64,000 bases of DNA from an uncultured Chloroflexia bacterium. GTDB lineage: Bacteria > Chloroflexota > Limnocylindria > Limnocylindrales > CSP1-4. Position 1 is the stretch's first letter. Each line of letters opens with the position of its first letter. Shown here piece by piece: positions 11,910 through 20,235 of the stretch. The notes beneath the pieces are model-generated. The model was not told where the DNA came from. It did not search any database and was given only the letters and a program-made list of their open reading frames with translations. Position numbers and translations under genes: made by a program. The stretch covers positions 94,059 to 158,058 of the forward strand of contig CAVQYU010000006.1 in the NCBI GenBank assembly GCA_963718285.1, written 5' to 3'.

Positions 11910-12957
11910 CGGAACTGCTCCAGGAAGCGCAGGTCGTTCTCGATGTACAGGCGCAGGTCGGCCACGCCGTGGCGCAGGTTGGCGATCCGCTCGACGCCCA
12001 TGCCGAAGGCGAAGCCCTGGAACCGCTCCGGATCGAGCCCGCCGTACTGGAGCACGACCGGGATGGACCATGCCCGGCCCCCAGGATCGTCATCCAGCCG
12101 GTTCGCGAGCAGGCCGGGCAGCCCGACGCCGCCGCAGACCAGGCACTCGACGTCGAAGGCCACCGACGGCTCGGTGAACGGGTAGTAGCCCGGCCGGAAG
12201 CGGGTCCGCTTGTCCCGCCCGAACATCGCCCGGGCGAACTGGTCGAGCAGGCCGCGCAGGTCGCCCATCGTCGTGCCCTCGTCGACCATCAGGCCCTCGA
12301 CCTGGAAGAACTCCGAGGCGTGGCTGGCGTCGACCGCCTCGTAGCGGAAGCAGCGGCCGGGCAGGAGGGCCCGGATCGGCGGCCGCTCGGCGTGCATGAC
12401 CCGGATCTGGCCGGGCGAGGTGTGGGTCCGCAGCAGGTAGCCCGGCGACGTCGACGTAGAGCGTGTCCCACAGGTCGCGGGCCGGATGATCGGGCGGGAT
12501 GTTGAGCATCTGGAAGTTGGTCAGGTCGTCCTCGATCTCGGGGCCCTCGTAGACGCACGAAGCCGAACTGGCCGAAGATCTCGGCGATCCGGCGCATCGT
12601 CTCGACGATCGGGTGGAGCGCGCCGCGGCGGACCGGCCGGCCGGGCGTCGGTGACGTCGACCGTCTCGGCGCGCCAGCCGGCCGGCAAGCGCCGAGGCTC
12701 GCAGGGTCGCGCCCCGCTCGGCGAGGGCCGTCTCGATCGGCCGTCCGGACCTCGTTGGCGATCGCGCCGACCCGGGGCCGATCCTCGGCCGGCAGGCCGC
12801 CGATCCCGCGCAGGACGCCGGTCAGCTCGCCCTTCTTGCCTAGGACGTCGATCTCGAGCGCGTCGAGGGCGGGGCTGTCGGGCGCAGCCGCGATCGCCGC
12901 CAGCGCGTCGCGTCGCGCAGCGCCTCGAGCTCGCGTGGTCAGGCTGGCCAGGTCCAC
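11906..12957 (-). CDS. pheS: Phenylalanine--tRNA ligase alpha subunit (several apparent frameshifts)
   Basis: The class II core [35 protein letters not shown] and [12 protein letters not shown] is in ORF 11906..12397. [14 protein letters not shown] is in a second frame. The N-terminal coiled coil is in ORF 12289..12957. The stop overlaps the pheT start (ATGA). Confidence 0.9.
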
Positions 12958-12990
12958 GTCGGTCCTCCATGGCTGGGCCTGGAAATCAGC

Positions 12991-13021
12991 GACCCTCGAC
13001 CGTCAGCGACGATCGAGGGTC
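12991..13021 (-). terminator. Hairpin between rplT and pheS (11-bp stem, one G-T pair, 9-nt loop)
   Basis: GACCCTCGACC gtcagcgac GATCGAGGGTC read directly from the sequence. It lies about 25 nt downstream of the reconstructed rplT stop and 35 nt upstream of the pheS start. There is no clear U-tract. Confidence 0.4.
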
Positions 13022-13044
13022 CGTGGCGGGTCGGATCGGCCAGA

Positions 13045-13396
13045 TCAGGCGCCCCGAGCGGCCTCGACGATCTGGCTAAAGGTCGCCGTCGTCGCGGACG
13101 GCGATGTCGGCCAGGATCTTGCGATCGAGCTCGACGTTGGCCTGCTTCAGGCCGGCGATGAAGGCGCCGTAGGTCATGCCGTGCTGGCGGGCGGCCGCGT
13201 TGATCCGGACGATCCACAGCTCGCGCATCTGGCGCTTGCGCTGCTTCCGGTCGCGGGTGGCGTAGGCCAGGGCGTGCAGGAGCGCTTCGCGGGCGGGCTT
13301 GATCAGGCGCGATCGCGTGCCCTTGCGGCCCTCGGCGTCGTCGAGGAGGCGCTTGTGGCGCGCGTGCGAGGTGACGCCGCGCTTGACTCGTGACAT
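13045..13396 (-). CDS. rplT: 50S ribosomal protein L20 (apparent 1-nt indel near 13080)
   Basis: [18 protein letters not shown]...[23 protein letters not shown] is unmistakably L20. The tracked ORF stops at 13076. Removing one base gives the usual tail ..[13 protein letters not shown] with a stop at 13045. Confidence 0.9.
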
Positions 13397-13408
13397 GGCT
13401 CAGCGCTC

Positions 13409-13608
13409 CTAGAGGTACGGCAGCAGGCGCCGCACCTGGCGGGCCTGTTCCTTGCCGATGACGGACTTGCCGGCATAGCGCCGGGTGCGCCGGGACGACT
13501 TGATCTCGAGGTGGTGGCCACGCCACGACCTTGACCCGCACGATCTTGCCACTCCCGGTGACGCCGATCCGCTTCTGCGGCGGCCTTGTGGGTCTTCATC
13601 TTCGGCAC
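13409..13608 (-). CDS. rpmI: 50S ribosomal protein L35 (one apparent frameshift near 13520)
   Basis: My own translation gives (V)[23 protein letters not shown]... and then, in another frame, ...[35 protein letters not shown]. The start is GTG with GGAG 11 nt upstream. Confidence 0.85.
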
Positions 13609-13615
13609 GCTGGTC

Positions 13616-14629
13616 CTACTCTCCTGTGGTCGCCGCGGACGCTGCCTCTGGCTTCGCGGTCGATTTGGCCGCGGCTGCTGGCTTGGCGTCGCCTTGACTG
13701 CGCTTCGGTGGTTCGAGCCGCTCGCGGAGCCCGTTTGGCTGCCGCCGGGGCGCGCTTGGTGTCTGGCGCTGTTCCGGCGCTCCGCCGGGGCTGGTGCGGC
13801 TTTCGGTTCTGCGGCCGGCTCGGGCGGTGCCTTGGCTCGGTTGTTGCCGGCCGGGCCGGTGTCTTTGGAGCGGCTTCGACGACGGGCGCCTCGGTCGCTG
13901 CTTCCTGCGGTTCGCTCTGCGCGCTCGACTCGGCTCCTGCTTCGGCTGGTTCGGACGCCTCGGCGACCGGCGCCACGGTGGCGACTGGTGCTGCCGGCTT
14001 CGACGTCGGCGGCCGCTGCCGCCGGCTTGGCATCGGCGGCCGCCCGGCCCTCGGTGGCGCCGGCCATCGGTGCCGGCGCTCCCCCGTCGTCGTGCCGGGT
14101 CGGCTCGTGCACCTTGGGCTTGTGGATCGATGCCACCGTGATGTGCATCGACTTGCCCTCCAGCAGCGGAGCCCGTTCCACGACGCCGTGGTCCTTGATC
14201 CGCTCCGTGAACCGGGCCAGCAGGTTGCGCCCGATCTCGGGGTGGGTCAGCTCGCGGCCCCGGAACTGGACGGAGACCTTGATCCGGTCTCCTTCCTCGA
14301 GGAACTGGATCGCCCGGCGAACCTTCGTGTCGAAGTCGCCCGATGCCGATCTTCGGCTTGAGCCGGACTTCCTTGAAGGTCACCGAGCGCTGCTTGCGCT
14401 TGGCTTCCTTCTCCCGCTTGGTCAGCTCGTACTTGTACTGACCGAAATCGAGGAACCGGACGACCGGCGGGGCAGCCATCGGGGCGACCTCAACGAGGTC
14501 GTAGCCGCGTTCCTGCGCTAGTGCGAGAGCCTCGGCCGTGGGCATGACCCCAAGCTGGCTCCCTTCCTCATCCACCACCCGGACCTGTGGGATCCGGATC
14601 ATCTGGTTGACGCGCAGGTCTCGACTGAT
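13616..14629 (-). CDS. infC: Translation initiation factor IF-3 with a long Ala/Pro/Glu/Lys-rich C-terminal extension (frameshifts near 14335 and within the tail)
   Basis: The sequence [57 protein letters not shown] continues, after a shift, as [46 protein letters not shown]. The proposed start is ATC at 14629-14627, 7 nt after GGAG. Confidence 0.85.
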   Translation of the reverse strand: MSRDLRVNQMIRIPQVRVVDEEGSQLGVMPTAEALALAQERGYDLVEVAPMAAPPVVRFLDFGQYKYELTKREKEAKRKQRSVTFKEVRLKPKIGIGRLRHEGSPGDPVPRGRRPDQGLRPVPGPRADPPRDRAQPAGPVHGADQGPRRRGTGSAAGGQVDAHHGGIDPQAQGARADPARRRGSAGTDGRRHRGPGGRRCQAGGSGRRRRSRQHQSPPWRRSPRRPNQPKQEPSRARRANRRKQRPRRPSSKPLQRHRPGRQQPSQGTARAGRRTESRTSPGGAPEQRQTPSAPRRQPNGLRERLEPPKRSQGDAKPAAAAKSTAKPEAASAATTGE

Positions 14630-14718
14630 GGCTTCACTCCTTCGAGCGTACGTTCATTCTGTCCACGATCGGCATGCCAATATGGCGCCCGGACCGGTCG
14701 CCGCCGGAGGATAGCACA

Positions 14719-14768
14719 GGGCCTTCCGGAGGGGCAATCGAGCACGGCCGCTGGCCTCCGAAGGGCCC
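14719..14768 (-). other. Long imperfect hairpin in the thrS-infC spacer
   Basis: GGGCCTTCCGGAGG (14719-14732) pairs with CCTCCGAAGGGCCC (14755-14768). That gives 12 Watson-Crick pairs, 1 G-T pair and 1 mismatch, with a 22-nt loop. Confidence 0.4.
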
Positions 14769-14820
14769 CATCCCGTCGTCCGGCCGCGCCGGATATGACG
14801 CGCGTGACCCGGGCCGAGCC

Positions 14821-16679
14821 CTACAGGCCGCGGGCGGCCGACTCAGACGCGAGGCGCTCGGCAAGGGCATCCCAATCCTGGGCCGGCTGCTGCTCCCCGG
14901 CTCGGGTCCGGGGCGCGGCCGTGCGGGCCTCGATCTCGCGGTCGCCCAGGACCAGCATGTACGGAACCTTCTGCTCCTGGGCCAGCCGGATCTTGTTCTG
15001 CATCCGGTTGTCGGAGGTATCCACCTCGACCCGCAGGCCGCGGGCGCGCAGGACGCCGGCCAGCTCCTCGGCGGCGGGCAGGTGCCGGTCGGCAATAGGC
15101 ACGATCACGGCCTGGACCGGGGCCAGCCACAGCGGGAACGCGCCGGCCAGGTGTTCGACCAGGATCCCGATGAAGCGCTCGAGCGAGCCGTAGATCGCGC
15201 GGTGGATGGCAATCGGTCGCTGAGCCTGGCCGTGCTCGTCGATGTAGGTCAGGTCGAACTGCTCGGGCAGCATCGTCAGGTCGGCCTGGATCGTGGCCAT
15301 CTGCCATTCGCGGCCAAGCGCGTCGTCGATGTAGATGTCGATCTTCGGCGCGTAGAACGTGCCGTCCTTGGGCTTGACGACGTACTGCGATCCCGGAGCG
15401 GTCCAGGGCCTGCTTGATCAGCCCCTCGGCCTTCTCCCAGAGCAGGGGGTCGCCCAGCGCCTTGTCGGGCTTGGTCGCAAAGGCGAAGCGAGGGGTCAGG
15501 CCGACCCACGAGTAGGCCTCGTGGACCTCTCCCAGGAGGGCCTCGATCTCGTCCGCGAGCTGGTCCGGCCGGACGTAGATGTGGGCGTCGTCCTGGATGA
15601 ACTGGCGCACCCGGGTCAGGCCCGGACAGGGTCCCCGAGCGCTCGTTCCGATGGAGCCGCCCGTACTCGTTGTAGCGCAGGGGCAGGTCGCGGTAGGAGC
15701 GCAGCCGGCTCTGGTAGATGAACGTGGACTCCGGGCAGTTCATCGGCTTGAGGCCGAACGTCTGGCCTTCGACCTGGAGCAGGAACATGTTGTCGGCGTA
15801 GAGGGGCAGGTGACCCGACTTGAGCCAGAGCTTCTCATTGACCAGGATCGGAGTGCTGATCTCCTGGTAGCCCCGTCGGAGCTGGAGCTCGCGCATCGCC
15901 CCCTCCAGCGTCCGCCAGATCAGCTGGCCCTTGGGGTGCCAGAAGGCCGAGCCGGGCGACACGTCGTGGAAGCTGTACAGGTCGAGCTGGACGCCCAGCC
16001 GGCGGTGGTCGCGCTTCTTCGCCTCCGCTCGCCGCCACAGGTATTGGTCGAGGTCGTCCTGGCTGGTCCAGACCGTGCCGTAGATCCGCTGGAGCATCGC
16101 CCGGTGCTCATCGCCGCGCCAGTAGGCGCCGGCGACGCTGAGCAGCTTGAACGGGCCGATCCGGCCGGTGGACGCGACATGGGGACCCTTGCACAGGTCG
16201 ATGAATGGGCCGTGCTCGTAGGTCGAGGTCACCGGGGTCGGCTCGCCGGCCGCCTTCGACTTCGCCTCGAGATCGTCGAGGATCTCGACCTTGTAGGGCT
16301 GGCCCCGCTCGGCGAAGAAGGCCCTCCCGTCGGCCGGCGACAGCTCGTGCCGGACGAACGGATGATCGGCGGCGATCGACTCCGCCATCCGGGCCTCGAT
16401 CGCGGCCAAATCGTCGGGGGTGACCGGCCGGGGCAGCTCGAAGTCGTAGTAGAAGCCGTCCTGGATCGCCGGCCCGATGCCTAGCTTGGCGCCCGGAAAG
16501 AGGTCGAGGACCGCCTCAGCCATCACGTGGGCCGCTGAATGGCGCATCGCGTCGAGCTCGCTGTGGGCGCCCGCATCGAGGAGCTCCTCGGCCGAGCCGC
16601 GCACGGGCGCATCGAACTCTTCCTCGAGGGCCTGCTCGTCCTTGTCGGGTGCCTCGGCCGCCGGCCGGTCCTGGGTCAT
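14821..16679 (-). CDS. thrS: Threonine--tRNA ligase (apparent frameshifts near 15620 and 15400)
   Basis: MRHSAAHVMAEAV, FYYDF, class II core blocks and the C-terminal anticodon-binding domain (PLWLAPVQAVIVPI) are present. Fragments are in ORFs 15276..16679, 14843..15610 and 14821..15300. Confidence 0.9.
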
Positions 16680-16746
16680 GTTCGTCTGCTCCTGCGAGCG
16701 GCGAACCCGGCCCGGCCGGGACGTCCCCTACTCGGCGTGATGAACG

Positions 16747-16823
16747 TGGTGGGCGACACTGGACTCGAACCAGTGACCTCTTGCATGTCAAGCAAGTGCT
16801 CTAACCAACTGAGCTAGCCGCCC
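16747..16823 (-). tRNA. tRNA-Val (anticodon GAC), CCA encoded
   Basis: The reverse complement folds as a cloverleaf. The acceptor stem is GGGCGGC/GTCGCCC (one G-T). The D-arm is GCTCAGTTGGTTAGAGC. The anticodon stem-loop is CTTGC-TTGACAT-GCAAG. The T-arm is ACTGGTTCGAGTCCAGT, and the 3' end is ACCA. Confidence 0.9.
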
Positions 16824-16858
16824 GGCAGCGCGGCGAATCCTATCACCCAGCGAGCGAA

Positions 16859-16898
16859 CCAAGAGCCCGCCGGGTCAGATGACGACCGGCGGGCTCTT
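16859..16898 (-). terminator. Perfect 14-bp inverted repeat (terminator-like hairpin)
   Basis: CAAGAGCCCGCCGG-12 nt-CCGGCGGGCTCTTG lies between the small-peptide ORF and tRNA-Val. There is no strong U-tract, which is common in high-GC genomes. Confidence 0.5.
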
Positions 16899-16926
16899 GA
16901 TCCTGGGGACGGTCTGGAGTCGGGCG

Positions 16927-17010
16927 TTATCCCCGCAGCCTCAAGCGACCGAGGACAAACAGCACGATCAGGACGATGACGACGACGATGAGGATCGTCT
17001 CGAGCGCCAT
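16927..17010 (-). CDS. Putative 27-aa hydrophobic peptide (MALETILIVVVIVLIVLFVLGRLRLRG)
   Basis: Hand-translated and not in the ORF track. The ATG overlaps the TAA of the upstream gene (TAATG). It has a single TM-like segment with a basic tail, and the 16859-16898 hairpin follows it. Confidence 0.35.
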   Translation of the reverse strand: MALETILIVVVIVLIVLFVLGRLRLRG

Positions 17011-17288
17011 TACCAGGTCTTCTCAGTCTTCGTGACGACGACCTTCTCGTCCTTGCGCTTGCTGTCGAGTGCGCCCGCGGTTGCTCCCGTTGCCGCGCCG
17101 GCCAGGCCGCCGACCACGGCACCGACCGGTCCGCCGACGACGGCCCCGACCACGGCCCCGCCGGCGGCCCCCAGGAACGTCCCACCGACTTCCTCGTCGC
17201 CATGCGGGACGCCCTTCTCGCGGGTCTCTGTTGTCTGTACAGGTGCGCCGTTCGTCTCGGTCGTCACCGTCTTGCGTTCCTCGGTCAT
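17010..17288 (-). CDS. Small glycine-zipper protein (92 aa)
   Basis: The ATG at 17288 is preceded by AAGGAG with an 8-nt spacer. The protein has a charged N-terminus and then GGTFLGAAGGAVVGAVVGGPVGAVVGGLAGAATGATAG. Confidence 0.55.
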   Translation of the reverse strand: MTEERKTVTTETNGAPVQTTETREKGVPHGDEEVGGTFLGAAGGAVVGAVVGGPVGAVVGGLAGAATGATAGALDSKRKDEKVVVTKTEKTW

Positions 17289-17435
17289 TGGATATCTCCT
17301 TAACAGTGGGCCGCGCGCACGGCCTTCTGGGCCGACAATGCCCCCGGCGGTGCGATGGCTGGCCATCATTTCGAGCGCTGGCATTGCAACGTCGCGCCAT
17401 TTGAGGCCGCCGACCCAGCGACGCCGACCGATCGC

Positions 17436-18266
17436 TACTCGATCGGCAGTCGACGGCAACTGCAGCTCGGTCAGGAAATCGGCAGAGTGGTCCACCACGA
17501 ACCCGGCGGGCAGGCCCAGTCGGGGATTGGCCCCGAACTGGAGGTACAGGACGCGCAGGTCCCCGGCGACCGCCAGGCCCGCCGCGTCGACCCAGCGCGC
17601 GCAGCCCGCGCGCGGCATCGGCCAGGTGGCGGTACGAGCCTCGCACCAGGACCGTAGCGGCTCGAACGCCGGCAGGATTCGATAGCCGAACTCCCCGTCG
17701 GCCTGGATCGGCCCCGTGAGCGGCACGAAGATCAGGTCCGAGGCGCTGCCGGCTCGGGCTCGGCCGGTGAGGATCGCACCCGGCGGGCGGTGCGCTCGCC
17801 GGCCGAGCCCGCGGACGTGGGTTTCCAGCCGGTCGAACGCGGCGGCGATGTCCTGGCCGGGGTCGGCCGCGAGGTCCAAGGTCGCGATCGGCTCCTCGGC
17901 CAGCCGGCGCACCACGACGTCGAGGAGCGGGCCACCGGCTGATGCCGCAGCCACGCTGATGTCGAGGGCGGCCAATCGGCGGGCCGCTTCGGTCTGTTCC
18001 CGTTCGAGCTCGAGGCGGCGGCGCCTCAGCGCAGCCTCGAGGTCCGCCCGTCCGTTCACCAGCCGGCCGATCTGCTCAAGCCCCAGGCCCAGGTCACGCA
18101 GGGCCAGGATCCGCCGAAGCTCCGGCAGCTGGGCCGGCGAGTAGTAGCGGTAAGCGGAGCCCGGGTCGACCCAGGCAGGGCGGAACAGGCCAAGCTCGTC
18201 GTACGCTCGGAGGGTCTTGGCCGAGACGCCCGACAAGCCGGCAAATTCGCCGATCCGGAACATCAT
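17436..18266 (-). CDS. MerR-family transcriptional regulator with GyrI-like effector-binding domain
   Basis: The HTH is MMFRIGEFAGLSGVSAKTLRAYDELGLFRP, followed by a coiled coil and a GyrI-like C-half ending ..FLTELQLP. As sequenced there is no in-frame stop before the next gene. TAG at 17438-17436 is reached after a 1-nt shift, so the end is uncertain. Confidence 0.7.
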
Positions 18267-18345
18267 CCGACGGTACCACTTGACCTTCCCCTGGCAGGAA
18301 GGCTGACGATCAGGGAACCATCGCCTCACCCGAAAGGCACGCCAG

Positions 18346-19153
18346 ATGCAGTCGATCCGGGTCGCCGCCCAGCTCCATCCCCAGCACGGACCGTATGCCG
18401 CCATCCGCCAGGCGGTCCAGACCGCCGATTCGATGGGCTTCGACATCTGTTACACGTGGGACCACTTCTTCCCGCTCTACGGCGAGCCCGACGGGCCCCA
18501 CTTCGAGTGCTGGAGCATGCTCGGCGGCCTGGGCGGAGGCGACCAAGCGGATCGAGATCGGGCCGTTGGTCACCTGCAACTCCTATCGCAATCCGGAGCT
18601 GCTGGCGGACATGGCCCGGACCGTCGACCAGATCAGCGACGGCCGGACCATCCTCGGGATCGGGGCAGGCTGGTTCCGGCGGGATACGACGAGTACGGCT
18701 ACCGCTTCGGGACCGTGGGCGACCGGCTGGCCGATCTCGAGGCGCCTGCCCGAATCCGCGCGCCGCCTCGAGCGGCTCAATCCGCCACCGGTCCGCCCGA
18801 TGCCGCTGCTCATCGCCGGCGTCGGCGAGCGGCGCACCCTCCGGCTGGTCGCCCGCTACGCCAATTCGTGGCATGCGGCCTTCCCGGAGCATCCAGAGGA
18901 CCTCGAACCCAAGATCGCAGCGCTCCGAGCCTGGTGCGAGGTTGAGGGCCGCGATCCGAGCGCGATCGAGTGGGGCCTGGGCGTCGAGGCCGAGGACCTT
19001 GACCGATTCCTGGCCGAGGATGCCTCGACCTACCTCGAGATGGGCTTCCGCCAGTTCACCCTGGGCTTCAACGGGCCGCACTGGGACGTGGCCGCAGGCC
19101 AGGCCTGGCTCGATTGGCGCGATCGGCTCAACGGCGCGGGCGGCAACCCGTAA
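18346..19153 (+). CDS. LLM-class (luciferase-like) F420-dependent oxidoreductase (apparent frameshifts near 18530 and 18690-18720)
   Basis: The blocks GFDICYTWDHFFPLYG, KRIEIGPLVTCNSYRNPELLA, ILGIGAGW and LLIAGVGERRTLRLVARYANSW are spread over three frames. It is a paralog of the gene at 58281..59189. Confidence 0.8.
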
Positions 19154-19512
19154 GAAAACGGTGGCCTGGCTCCATACTCGTTGAACCGACGAGCGCAACG
19201 TTCCTGTTTGCGTCGCCGGCGCGGGCACGGCGCCAAGCCGCCGGGGGCATGGTACGCCACAGAGCGTGGCAGCCCGATCCGGGCGCCATGGGAGGACGGG
19301 GAATCGGCAGCGCCGACGGATGGAGGAGGAGCGGGTCCGCCGGCGCTGCTTGGTTCCTGAGGCTGCTCCGCCGGGGGCCGAAGCCCGGATCGACGGAACG
19401 CAATGCGCACAATAGCGGCCCAGCCTGACGCCGGCCTGAAGATTCCGCGACGGGCCTTGCAGCCTCGTTGCGGGCCCTCGTGCGCGCTCCGGCGTGGCAA
19501 ACTTGGGCGACG

Positions 19513-19905
19513 ATGAAGTCGGTTGCCGAACGTCTCCTGATCAAGCCCGGAGCGGGGGTGCTCCTGATCAGCCCGGGCCTCGATGGAGCCACCCTGGTCG
19601 GTCCCCTGCCCCCGGGTGCTCGTTGGATCGAGCCGGGCGGGTCCGCCGACGTCGTCGTCCTGTTCGTGCGCAACGCGGCGGAGCTGCGTGACCGGCTGCC
19701 CGCGGCGGCTGCCGCTGCGAGTGGCGATCGGCTGCTCTGGCTGGCCTATCCGAAGCTGAGCTCGGGCATCGCCACCGACCTGGCCCGGGACGTGATCACG
19801 CCCCTGACCGATTCCCTGGCCGGCCTCACCGGGATGGCCCTGATCGCGATCGACTCGACCTGGAGTGCGATGCGCCTCCGGCCCTCGTCGCGCTACCAGC
19901 GCTGA
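19513..19905 (+). CDS. Conserved hypothetical protein (130 aa)
   Basis: The ORF starts at MKSVAERLLIKPG. The pattern LLWLAYPK..S.I.TDL.RD....IAIDSTWSAMR looks like a real conserved small protein, but I cannot name the family. Confidence 0.5.
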   Translation: MKSVAERLLIKPGAGVLLISPGLDGATLVGPLPPGARWIEPGGSADVVVLFVRNAAELRDRLPAAAAAASGDRLLWLAYPKLSSGIATDLARDVITPLTDSLAGLTGMALIAIDSTWSAMRLRPSSRYQR

Positions 19906-20141
19906 GGATCCGTGAGGTTACGGGGCGAACTGCCGGCTGCGGGCCGGGCCTCGCCGGGACCGACCGTTTCCGCCAAATAGGCCCTGCAGGGATCCTTATG
20001 GCGGTTCGTGGACGTAGCCCGGGCGGTGACGCGACGATCTGAGACATCGCCGAGCGTGGATTGGGAGGTCCGGGCCGGCGAGTGGAACGGAAACCCGGGC
20101 GGGACTCGCCATAACGCTCCCTGGAGCGATCATTTGGCAGA

Positions 20142-20181
20142 AACCAGGGTCGGGACGAGGCAACCAGGGTCGGGACGCGGC
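20142..20181. repeat. Tandem 20-nt direct repeat, 2 copies, 1 mismatch
   Basis: AACCAGGGTCGGGACGAGGC / AACCAGGGTCGGGACGCGGC read directly from the sequence. It lies in the convergent intergenic region 19906-20235. Confidence 0.85.
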
Positions 20182-20235
20182 AAGAGGCCGGCGACGCAGG
20201 CACCGGCACGACGACGGACCGTTGCCAGCCAGCCC

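Noticed and set aside
14606-14613. TTGACGCG, identical to the -35 region of modules a, c and d.
   Set aside because: It is inside the infC N-terminal coding region on the opposite strand. No TAnnnT lies at 17-18 nt and no operator follows. It is a chance occurrence.
5558-16679. Genuine pseudogenisation of mutS2, pheST, rplT, rpmI, infC and thrS, or programmed frameshifting.
   Set aside because: Simultaneous loss of several essential translation genes is not viable. The breaks are single-base, often compensating, carry no slippery-site/pseudoknot signature, and are concentrated in one part of the window. Sequence error is the parsimonious explanation.
17010-18266. An in-frame MerR-GyrI::glycine-zipper fusion protein, since ORF 17010..18446 has no internal stop.
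   Set aside because: The about 50 linking residues are Arg/Trp-rich and look like translated non-coding sequence. The downstream part has its own strong AAGGAG SD and ATG. A TAG is reached after a 1-nt shift at the expected end of the GyrI-like domain. This is most likely an indel artefact.
19906-19995. GGATCC, CTGCAG and GGATCC within 90 nt, a possible cloning-vector polylinker scar.
   Set aside because: There is no flanking vector-like sequence. GC-rich 6-mers are frequent at this base composition, and the sites are part of a native-looking hairpin.
20063-20140. Resemblance to fluoride (crcB) or guanidine (ykkC) riboswitches: GGCGAGT..ACTCGCC followed by ATAACGC and a short hairpin, plus GGTCCG and ACGG..CCCGGGCGGGAC strings.
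   Set aside because: Conserved core nucleotides and the pseudoknot partner sequences of those classes are missing or permuted. No gene lies downstream on that strand. I kept it only as unexplained structure.
20142-20181. A possible CRISPR or minisatellite.
   Set aside because: There are only two directly adjacent 20-nt copies, no spacers and no cas genes in the window.
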